The position numbers were made by a program, and so were the translations under genes. 64,000 bases of DNA, from the NCBI RefSeq assembly GCF_963921235.1, contig NC_086097.1, positions 184,762,001-184,826,000 of the forward strand. The letters run 5' to 3'. A model generated the notes under the pieces. It did no database searches. It saw only the letters and a list, made by a program, of their open reading frames with translations, and was not told the DNA's origin. The number at the start of each line of letters is the position of its first letter. Position 1 is the first letter of the stretch. Source of the DNA: Mobula hypostoma. Taxonomy: Eukaryota. Shown here in pieces: positions 25,826 through 36,699 of the stretch.

Positions 25826-27010
25826 TGAATATTCAGTATAAATATAAATAAATAAATATACTGTATATATGCTAACAAAACATGTGTTTTAAAAAATTGA
25901 TCTCAAGGTTTTATATGATGACATACATGTACTTCGATAATAAATTTTCTTTGAATTTGAAGCAGTTTCACTACTAAATATCTGGCAGTAAATGAAGAAT
26001 GGAGGTCGTTTATAGCAAATGTGGATTTTTTGAATTAATTGTTGTCAGAGGCAATCAGAAAAATTCAATATTTGGACAATTTTCTCACCCCATATAAAGA
26101 AAGAGTGCATTTCAACTAGCAAAAAAAGATTTTCTCAGTTACCTCATGAGAAGTGAAGATGAGGGGTACTGGGGTGGGGGTTTCCTGTCATTTTACAGCA
26201 TTGTTTTAAGGAAGGTATTGCCACTCATAACCTGCAGACTGAGTATCTAATCAGTTTGGAATTATAAACCTACAAGACTGAGTCTTCGAAAGATAAGTGT
26301 GTATTTACTATTTAAATTTATTAGCGAACATATTCTGTATGAAGATAGGATTGAATCAAGGAGATTGAATGTAATATTAGAAATATTGAGGATTAGATGA
26401 GCAGGGGTTAAGAAAATTTTCTTTTTGGTTATTATCAGATGATATCACCCTTTTACAAGATATTTCATTTCCAAACGTGGTTTCATATAAGAACAACTTC
26501 CCACCTATCATGGGCCACAGAGATAGAAGATCAAGGAGCAATTTAAATGGTTCTAGACTGAATCATGGTCATCATATAAAGTACACCCTCTAGTCTCTGT
26601 TCACACATTTTCAGGCATGATCAAAATTCAGGATTAACATTTGAAACATCCCAGCTTCCTTTGCTATTCCTGTCAAGTATTAGCTCAACTTATGTAATGA
26701 TACCCTGGAAACACAGCCCTCTGATTTAAGGTGAAGTTGTTATTGAGCCAACAAATCTGGAAGAGCTAAGTCTGGTGTGACATAAGGTGACACCAGTCCC
26801 ACCAGAGCAGCTATTTGTTCAGGACAGGTACAACCGGTGTACTTCAGAATCAGAATCAGGTTTACTATCACTGTCGTGGATTTTGTTACGCAAACACGAG
26901 GAAATCTGCAAATGCTGGAATTTCAAGCAACACATATATGTGTGTGCGTGGATTTTTTTTTTGGTAGCAGTAAACTGCAAGACATGAAAAAATTACTATA
27001 AATTACAATA

Positions 27011-28190
27011 TGTCAAGGTCCGGTCCATGAAATCTGCATTCTAGTTCACTGTCCGGTCCGTTGATTCAGGACTCTGGGTCTTCCAGCAGTCCCTTGTTTG
27101 AGTTAATCACAGGCACCTGATTCCCATCTTGGGGCTTGGAATATAAGCAGCCTTGAGACTGAGTGTGGGTGGCTGGTTTGTCTTGTCAGTCCCCCTTGGA
27201 GCAACCTGCTGATGGAAGGCTAGTGAAACCACTTGTGATCTCTAGGCCTGGTTGGAGGACCACTGCTTCATGGAGCCTTGTTGCCACTTGTTGGAGTAGT
27301 CTTTGTGGTATGGATTTGGCTGTTTCCTGGGCCAGCAGAGTGGCTGCCAGCCACTCTGAGCTAGGTAGGGATCCAGCTGTTTCTGTAGCCAGCTGAGGTT
27401 GCTGGCTGAACTGAGATTTGGAGCTACCCTGGAGCAGAGATAGAACTGTCTGTTGATCTTTGGTGTTTGTCTCTTCTTGTCCTCGCCTCTGTAGGGTAAG
27501 CCAGGCCATTTTGCTGTTGCCCTGCGGGGGGATCTGTCTTGTCTTGTCTTGCCCTCACCTCTGTTGGGTAAGTCCAGCTGTTCTGCTGTTACCTGACAGA
27601 GGGACCTGTCCCACCTTGGTGTGGAGATAAAGTTAAGTCCTGGCTTGTCTTAGGATAAGTCCTGGCTCTATGTCTATGTTCTGTCCTGTCTCATGTTAGT
27701 GTCGTGTTGAAGATGAGTCCTGGCTTTTCAAAGGACAAATCCTGGCTCTATATTGATGTTCAGTTCCCAGTTGGTCTCTCAGCTCCAGCCTCCGAGTTAT
27801 CAGCCTCTGCACTTCAAGACGAAGATCCCGCAGCCAAGCTCCCAGAACCCAAGCCTCGAGGATCCCGCAGCCAAGCTCCCAGAACGCAAGCCTCGAGGAT
27901 CCCGCAGCCAAGCTCCAAGAACGCAAGCCTCGAGGATCCCGCAGCCAAGCTCCAAGAACGAAGCCTCGAGGATCCCGCAGCCAAGCTCCAAGGACCCAAA
28001 CCCCAGCCTGTCTCCAAGCTCAGGCCTCTAGACCCCAGCCATGTCCTGTCCTGAAGCTATGTCATGTCCTTGCCTTGTTCTGGGGTCCACGCCTGAGGCA
28101 AGACGCAGGTTATGAATCCTTGTCCAGTCTCGGGCTCAGAGTCCAAGCCTTGTCTCCTAATCCATGGTTTCTAGTCCTGGTCCCGCTGAA
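27011..28190 (+). mobile_element. LTR-like insert, 3'-truncated
   Basis: Starts TGTCA at a sharp composition change; TATA-like AATATAAG at about 27140; internal tandem repeats. No matching TGACA end found. Confidence 0.5.
27821..27994. repeat. 37-bp minisatellite, about 4.7 copies
   Basis: Unit GAGGATCCCGCAGCCAAGCTCC(C/A)AGAACGCAAGCCTC starting at 27821, 27858, 27895, 27932 and 27968. Confidence 0.97.
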
Positions 28191-29345
28191 TTCTCCGTAG
28201 ACCTGTTGTGGCAGTTGGCAGATTGAACTGGGTCCAGGTCCTTGTTCAGGCAGGAGTTAATTCTAGGCATGACCGACTTCTCAGGACACTTCATCGCAAT
28301 AGACGTGAGGGCTACCAGGCTATAGATGCTGAGGCAGCTCACCCTGCTTTTCTTTGGCACCTGTATGATTGAGGCCCTTTAGGAGCAGGTGGGAACCTCC
28401 AACTGCAGCAGTGAGAGAACGAAGTTGTCCTTGAACACTCCAGCCAATTGATCAGCACAGGTTTTCAGTATCCTGTCAGGCACATCATCAGTGGATGATA
28501 CCTTGAAAGGGGTTAGCTGCCTTGAAGGATGTTCTGATGTCAGCCTTCAAGAAAGAGATCATGGGATCACCAGATCCTGTGGGGATTCACACACGTGTAG
28601 AGGTATTATCCCTTTCTACGAGTGCATAAAAGGCATGAATTGATCTGGGAGTGAAGCAGAACACAGACATTATAGTGTTCTGGATCACCAGTTTTGAATT
28701 CCATGAATCTAGTCCTCAGCTCACTAGGAATCTTCTGGTTCATTCACAGTTTCTGGTTTGGATATGTCTGGTAAATGCACACCTTTATCTACACAGGTCT
28801 TGATGACTGTAGCATTTTTGTCACATCCAAAGATGGATACTTAAATATGGTCCAGCCTATCGATTCAAGGCCCTTCTGCTTCCTTTAACCATATATTCGT
28901 TGTCTTCTGCATTGGCGTTGCATTCCTCTGTCTTTGCCCATTGTAACTTGTCAATCTGCAATATGGGGAGCACTGATGTTACCTGCAGTATACTTTCCCA
29001 TTTCTCCCTGTACATACTGAATTGTCCTGTGTACTTGTCCACAGTTTTTCTCCAAAATGTCCAATTCCATGTGCAAAGAATTCAAATCGCTAATCAGAAT
29101 GGTTTGCTGTTCTAACATCCCTCTGAAAACCATTGCTGTATCCCTACAGAACTCAGCAGGAGAGCTGGGCTGTACTCAAGTGTCTCATTTGTCATCATCA
29201 CTGCTACTCCTCATCAATATCTGCATCCTTTGCCATGTCTTTAACTGCTCTGGCACCCATTTCATATAAAGGGAATTATTGTATTCACTTATGAGCTGCT
29301 TTCAGCACAGCTGATAGTTTGTCATGTTTGTTTCTAACTATATGG

Positions 29346-29428
29346 AAAAGGAGGGAAGGAAAGAGAGGAGAAGGAGAGGGCGAGGGAGAGGAGGAGAGAG
29401 AAAGAGGGAGAGAGAAAGAGAGGGAGCA
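29346..29428. repeat. Purine-rich (GA) low-complexity tract
   Basis: Almost pure G/A run. Confidence 0.85.
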
Positions 29429-29679
29429 GATGGTATATTATGAATGTATAAATCTATTTTGGGCATTGTGTAGTAGTTGCATGTATTATTATGCACTTGT
29501 GAATAATCAATGTGTATAAGTAAAGTTTGGAGCAATTGGTGTAATTTGCACCATATGATTAATATTTCACATAGCATTAGTTCCATTTTTTCCACTGCTT
29601 TCCATGTGGCCAAACTTTGCTTTCTACCATCATTACATCAAGTATCCCCGTTCCACCTGCTGTTGAGGCCAGAAGCAGA

Positions 29680-29848
29680 AAGACATGGCTAAAGGGGTTG
29701 GTGCAGGATGGAGGCTTCAGATTTTTGGATAATTGGGCTCTTTTTCAGAAAAGATAGGACCTGCACCGAAGGGATGGTTTGCACCTGAACGGGAGGGGGG
29801 CTAATATCCTAGCGGGAAGATTTGCTAGTGTTGCATGGGGGAGGGAAG
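29680..29848 (+). mobile_element. CR1 ORF1 esterase C-terminal fragment
   Basis: GFRFLDNW..DGLHLN..NILAGRFA. Confidence 0.75.
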
Positions 29849-29849
29849 G

Positions 29850-30905
29850 TATCATCGGAGATGTCCTGCTTCTTTACATCAGAGAATCAGTGGTGTCCCC
29901 TTTCTTTAAAGAATGAGGTTTCCCTCCCTTTATTATTGATGCTGCCCTCACCTGTATTTTCTCCATTTCCCATTCATCTGCACTCACCCAATCTTCCTAC
30001 TGCCTCAATAGTGATAGAGTCCCTCTTGTCCTAACCCACCAACCCTTTAGCCTCCGCATCCAACACATTACTCTCTGCAACTTCCGCCATCTGCAAAGGG
30101 ATCCTACCAGTAAACGTATCTTTACCTCCAGTGCCCCTTTGCTTTCTGCAGAGGTTACTCCCTTCGTGATTCCCTTGTCTATTCATTCCTCCCCTCCAAT
30201 CTCCCTCCAGGCTCATCTCTGCAAGCAGCATAAATGCTACACCTTCCCATTCCCCTCTTCCCTCACCCTGTGAATCTACTGGGGTCTTCTATTGTGTCCA
30301 CTGCTCCTGATACGGCCCGCTCTACATCAATGAGACCTGTCGTAAATTGGGGGACTGCTTCACTGAGCCCATCCAAACCATCTGCCACAAGCATGAGTCC
30401 CCAGTGGCCAAGCATTTTAATTGCCATTCCCATTCTGATGTGTCAATCCATGGCCTCCTCTTGTGCCATGATGAGGGCTACCCTCAGGATGGGTTCCCTC
30501 CAATATCAACTTCTGCTTCCGGTGAACAAAATTTCCCCCCTCCCTCCCTATTCCCCACTCTGACCTTCTCACCTGCCAATTACTTCTCCCTTGGTCCCCT
30601 CCTCCCTCCATTTCTCCTATTGTCCACTCCCTTCCCCTATCAGATTCTTTCTTCTCCAGCTCTTGGCCTTTGCCACCCACCTGGCTTCACCTATCACCTT
30701 ACAGCCTGCCTCTTTCCCCTCTCCCCACCACTTAATTCAGTAATCTATTCCCATTCCCTCTTCTCTTCCTTTTCCTTCTAAGTGCTGAAGAAAGGTCTCA
30801 GCCCAAAATGTCGATTGTTTACTCTTTTCCATAGATAGCGCCTGACCTGCTGAGTTCCTGCAGCATTTTGTGCATATTGCTTTCCAGCATCCACAGATTT
30901 ATTCA
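29850..30905 (+). mobile_element. Penelope-like element 3' part (GIY-YIG endonuclease and pLTR)
   Basis: ESTGVFYCVHCS*YGPLYINETCRKLGDCF..PVAKHFN; pyrimidine-rich UTR; hammerhead-like motif at 30781-30817. Confidence 0.85.
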
Positions 30906-30909
30906 TATT

Positions 30910-31542
30910 TTAGATTAGATTGGATTATACTATGAGGACACTCTGTCCTCTTTTACTGTCATTTAGTAGTGCATGCATTAAGAAATTATACAATGTTTCT
31001 CCAGAATGATATCACAGAAACACATGACAAACCAACTGAAAACTGACAAAAACCACATAATTATAACATATAGTTACAACAGTGCAAAGCAATACCGTAA
31101 TTTGATAAGAACAGACCATGGCATGGTAAAAGTCTCAAAGTCTCTCGAAAGTCCCTTCATCTCACGCAGACGATGAACCTCCAGCACCGTAAACTTGCCG
31201 ATGCAGCATCCCGGAAGCTTCCGACCACAGTCCGACTCCGAGTCCATCCGAAAACTCCGAGCCTCCAACCGGCTCTCCGACACCGAGCACCGAGCACCAT
31301 CTCTGCCGAGCGCTTCAACAGGCAAAAGGAAAGCCGAGGATTTGGGGGCTTCCCCTCCTGAGATTCTCGATCGCACAGTAGCAGCGGCAGCAAAGTGGAC
31401 ATTTCAGAAGTTTCTCCAGGCGTTCCTCTGTGCTTCTCACGGCTGTCTCCATCAAATCAGGAATGTGCACAGCCCCTAGTTACACATACGATATCATTTG
31501 GAACAGCCGCGCGCACTGCGTTCTGCCGACATCTTCTCCTCC
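30910..31542 (-). mobile_element. Non-autonomous SINE-like retroposon of about 640 bp (copy 1)
   Basis: Full-length reverse-complement homology to 44028-44668; (TAATC)n-type tail. Confidence 0.85.
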
Positions 31543-31659
31543 CTCCTCCTATTTTTGGTATAAACTAGAGATGCAGCAGGATAGGAACCAACACTCCAGG
31601 TCAGATAGAAGAGTGGTTGTAGAGAAAATTGTTTGTTAAGACTACAAACAAAGTCAGGA

Positions 31660-34384
31660 ATCGAAAGGCTGTGCACAGTTGGTCTAATTTTCTGAGTTGC
31701 ATATATTTCAATGCCAGGAGTACTGTAGGAAAGATGGATGAGCTTAGGGCATGGATCAGCAAGTGAAATTATGACATTGTAGCCATCAGTGAGACTTAGA
31801 TGGAAGAGGGGCAGGGCAGGACTTGCAGCTCAGTGCACCGGGGTTCCGTTGTTTTAGATGTGACAGATCTGGCAGGGATTAAAGGAGGAGAGGTGGCATT
31901 ACTAGTCAGGTAACGTCAAAGCAATGCTCAGTTAGAACAGCCTGCAGAGTTCATATAGTGAGGCTTTATGGGTAGAACTGAGGAATAGGAAAGCTATGAC
32001 CATGTTAATGGGATTATATTATAAAACACCTAACAGTCTGTGGTAGTTAGTGCAGCAAATTTGTAGAGAGGTTGCAGACTGTTGCAAGAAGGAGTCTGAT
32101 AGACAGACTGTTGTGATAGAAGATGATTTTAACTTTCCACCCACGTATTGACTGGGGCTTCCATACTGTAAAAGGGCTGGATGGGAAAGAGTTTGTCAAA
32201 TGTAGTCAAGAAAGTTTCCTTAATCAGACAATAGAAGTCTGAGCTAGAGAGAGTGTGATACTCGATCTCTTATTAGGAATGAGACAGGATAGGTGACAGA
32301 AGTTTGTGTAGGGGACTTTTTGCATCTAGTAATTATAATGTCAGTAGTTTCAGGGTATTTAAGGAAAAGGATAGATCAGGTTCTTGGGTTGAGATTCTAA
32401 ATCGGAGAGAGGCCAATTTGATGGTATCATAAAGGATTTGGCTTGGGACAGGTTGTTTTCTGGCAAAGTTGTTCTTGGTAAACGTAAAATCTTGAAAGTG
32501 TGGAGTTTGTATGTCCCTGTCAGAATAAAAGGCAAGGATAATAGGTTTAGGGAACCTTGGTTTTTGAGAGATATTGAGGCCCCGGTTAAGGAAAATAAGG
32601 ACGTGCCTAGCACATACAAGCAGGCACTTGGGGAGTATGTAATGGAAGAGAACACTTAATAAGGAAATCAGGATGTCTAAAAGAAGACATGAGGTTGCTC
32701 TAGGAGGCAAGGTGAAGGATATTCCTCAGGGCCTCTACAGCTATATTAAAAGCAAAAGGATAGTAAGGGACAAAACTGGTCTTCTGTAAGTGTGAAAACA
32801 AAGGAGACGGGTGAGTATTAAATAGATCTTTTGCATTTGTATTTACTTGGGAGGTGGACACAGAGTCTATAGATGTGAGGCAATGTAACAGTGACGTTAT
32901 GGAAATTATACAGATTACAGAGGACGAGTGTCTGCTGTCTTGAGGCAAATTAGAGTGGTTAAATCCCCAGGGCCAGACAAGGTTGGGAAGCAAGTGCAGA
33001 AACTGCAGGGGCCCTAGTAGAGATATATAAAACATCCATAGGCACAGGTAAGGTGCTGGAGGATAAGAGGATAACTAATGCTGTTTCGTTGTTTAAGAAA
33101 GGCTCTAAGAATAAGCCATGAAATTATCAGCTGGTGAGCATCAGTATTGGGGTAGTTATTGGAAGGTATTCTAAGGAACCAGATAGTCAACATGGTTTTG
33201 TTTGTGATAAGTAATATCTAACCAATATTATAGAGTTTTTCAAGGAAGTTATCAGGAAAGCTGGATGTTGTCTACATGGACTTCAGCAAGGCATTTGATA
33301 AAGTCCCATATGGCAGTTGGTCAAGAAGGTTCATTCACTTGGCACTCAAGATGAGGTAATAAATTGTATTAGACATTGTCTTCGCGGAAGTATCCAGAGA
33401 GTGGTAGTAGATGGTGTTGCCTCTCTGACTGGAGGCCTGTGACTAGTGATGTGCTGCGGGGATTTATGCTGGGTCTGTTATTTTTTTGTCATTGATCTGG
33501 ATGATAATGTAGTAAATTGGATCAGCAATTTTGCAAAAGACACCAAGATTGGGGGGTATAGTCAAGTGGACAGCAAGGAAGACTATAAAAGCTTGCAGCA
33601 GGATCTGGGCCAGTTGCTGAAATGGGACTGAAAAATGTCAAATGGAATTGAATGCAGACAAGTGTGAAGTGTTGCACTTTGGGAGGACCAGCCAGGGTAG
33701 GTCTTACACAGAGAGCTGTAGGGCACTGAGGAGTGCAGTAGAACAGAGGGATCTGGGAATACAGATTCCTAATTCCTTGAAAGTGGCATAGGGCCATAAA
33801 GAAAGCTTTTGGCACATTGGCCTTCACAAATGAATGTATTGAGAACAGGAGTTGGGATGTTATCTTGAAATTGTATAAGACGTTGGTGAGGTTTAATTTG
33901 GAGTATTGCGTCCATTTGTGATAATTTACTTACAGGAAAGATGTAAATAAGATTGAAAGCGTGCAGAGAAAATTTACAATGATGTTTTCAGGATTTGAGG
34001 ACCTGAGTTATAGGGAAAGGATGAATACGTTAGGATTTTATACGTTAGAGTGTAGAAGATTGAGGGGAGATTTGATAGAGCTAAAAAAATTAAGGGGTAT
34101 AGGCAGGGTAAATGCAAACACTGAGACTAGAATTAGAGATTATTGGTTAGGAGGGAACTTCTTCACTAAGAGGGTGGTGAGAATGAGGAATGAGCTGCCA
34201 GCACAAGTAGTAGATGCAGAATTGATTTCTACTTTTAAGGAAAATTTGGATACATACATAGATGGGAGGAGTATGGAGAGCTATGATCCAGTGTAGGTCA
34301 CTGGGACTAGCCAGATTAATGGTTCGGCACAAACTGGATGGGTCAAAGGACCTGAATCTGTGCTGTAGTAGCCTATGACTCTAA
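31660..34384 (+). mobile_element. CR1 LINE ORF2 (APE to 3' tail), degenerate
   Basis: YFNARS, YDIVAISET, YMDFSKAFD, FAKDTK and QRKFT motifs; TATGACTC tail. Confidence 0.9.
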
Positions 34385-36237
34385 GTGGTGTGAATGTTTT
34401 TAAATTTGAATGTTGTTTGTTCAAATTTTTGTTAATTAAATTCAAAGTCTTCCTTTAAGCAAAAAATACTGGAAGGATTCTAATGCTCATATAGTCCAAT
34501 ATTTTTGTGTCACTTTGAATAAATATTGTGTTGTTGTACAATTTCTTCTATATCCTGATTACTTCAACAGGAAAGTTAAAGCTTTACTGACATCATTCAT
34601 TTTAAATTGTTCATCATTTGCTGAAGCCCCTTTCAAGCTCCTCATTGTACAGACCATGTTAAGGCTGACATGTCTTGGCATAAACTGTCTCATCAGCTGC
34701 TGGGAAAGGTTCACCGTGTTCACTATTGTTTATAAAGCCACATTTCTCTTAGTCCATACATTCTACGCTTCCTCCTGCTTCAATTGACATCTCACTAAAT
34801 GGTTTCATTTGCCAGAACAATGTCATTCTTCATATCTACGCCTGACAAAAAGGTTAATTTTCTACTTTGTGGATACTTTTTGGTAACTGGAAAGAAATGC
34901 CAGGGAATAGATTTTCATTTACATTTACTTTTCTATATTATTTAATTTATTGCCAGTATAATAATTAATCACTTTAAAATTACATTATGTTAAAACAAAA
35001 TTGTGATGGAAACAATTAGTCTTTTAGGAGTAGCCTTATCTAATTTATTTTTTTATGTAGGAAGCTACCCTGAATCCTCTGTGCTCCACCGGCTTATTTC
35101 TCTGTATCAATATCTTGATTGAAAGAATTCAAAAATCAAAGATTTCAGTCAGAGTATAGATGTTACTTTGCAGTGACTTCAAAGTGCTTTGCTGATTAAC
35201 AGGATTGTTGCATTGCATTGTAATGGAAGATTCATTCGTTTTATGAAGAGGATCAGCATGTTTGCCCCGACCATATGTTCCTTGCACTTTGTTAAATTAG
35301 TCTGGAAAAAGAAGTAGTGATGGTACTGTTAGTAGAAAATATCTTTTTCAACCTTACACTAGATGTCTTGTCAGTTTCTTTATCAAGACCACTGAAGCAT
35401 GAGAAGAATTTAATAGAGTAGCCAGATCTTCATCATAAATCAATCACTGCACAGAGATTCTTTTTAAAAAATTGGCTAGAATTGTTTAGTTTGATGAATT
35501 TCACATTGCAAAGGTTTAATGATAGGTTCGTGAAAGGTTATGGTTCCTCTTTCTTGCCCAGAGGCATACTTCATTGTACATGCAGCTTCAGTGGTCTCAG
35601 TTAGAAATACAAAAGGTGAGTGGACAGAGGATTAGAGTGTTACTGTAGCTATTGATTACCCCAGGCTCTGGGGCTCTACCTTGGAGGTATCAAAGAAAGC
35701 ACAGCTCCCTGTCAACTCAGCTGAACTGCCATCACATCGTGACATAGTTGTACCTTTCTAAAGTTTTTTATTCCCCACTGATATCAGTGTGGTTAACATC
35801 CAGTCACATATGGATCTTACAGCTGACACTCAGGGGATGCAAAGTGAAGTGTGGAGACAGCTGGTGTCCTAGGCTGCTGTCTTTATAACGCTCTTCTTTC
35901 TGCTGTCTTCTTGTGACCTTTGACGGAGTTAAGTGCCTGCTGCTTTTGCCTGGCATATGTCTTAGCCTGAACATATGATGACTCCAAGTGTGTTACATTG
36001 TTGTTCAGTGCATGACCATCTTCGCACAGTACGTGTGCAACCCCACACCAATTTTCATCTTCTGAGAGTTACTGCTCTAGCTATCTCTACGCTTGGTGAG
36101 TTCTCCTTAATAACAACATTTCAAATTGTGTTATTCTGATAAAAATTGAAAAGATTTGGTGTTTGCTTGATATATTAACAGCTTTTCTGGGCAAATATTA
36201 ATTTTGGATCGAGTTCATTAACACACAATGATTTGTG

Positions 36238-36391
36238 CCAATAGATATTTTTCAGTGAAACTGCCATGTACGAAATAAACATTTTAGAATCAATAATGAG
36301 CAGTTTCTGACTCTATATTAAATAACTGCTCATTATTGATCCTAAAATGTCTATTTCGTACATGGCTGTTTCACTGAAAAATATCTATTGG
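36238..36391. repeat. Inverted repeat, 68-bp arms (3 mismatches), 18-nt spacer
   Basis: 36238-36305 versus 36324-36391. Confidence 0.97.
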
Positions 36392-36699
36392 ATGCCACAT
36401 CAGAGACTGTGATACATCAGAATATTCTAACAATAGGATCACCATGTTTGCCAGTATGCAGCCATCATTCTATATGGCACATCAGTTTGTAATAAAATTC
36501 ATTGAAATGTACCATTATTTTCAGGAAGTATCAAAATATCTTGGCTGCTTCTCCTTTTGTTTACGATTCCCAAAAAATGCCACTATTTTTTCTTTTCACT
36601 CATAAACTTTCCATAGGTGAATGCTGCTCAGAAACACTGATTAACTGTTTGCTGTTGCTTAATCTCCACATTGTTCTGTTACGGGAGAGGAAAACATAC

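Larger units (their letters stand above)
26845..28855 (-). mobile_element. Rex1/Babar-type LINE pieces (26845-27010, 28192-28855) around an LTR-like insert
   Basis: AATCAG tail; PKKSRVSCL..VALTSIAMKC..LDPVQ motif. Confidence 0.7.

Noticed and set aside
27821..27994. CRISPR-like array of 37-bp repeats
   Set aside because: The units are contiguous with no unique spacers, there are no cas genes, and the context is eukaryotic.
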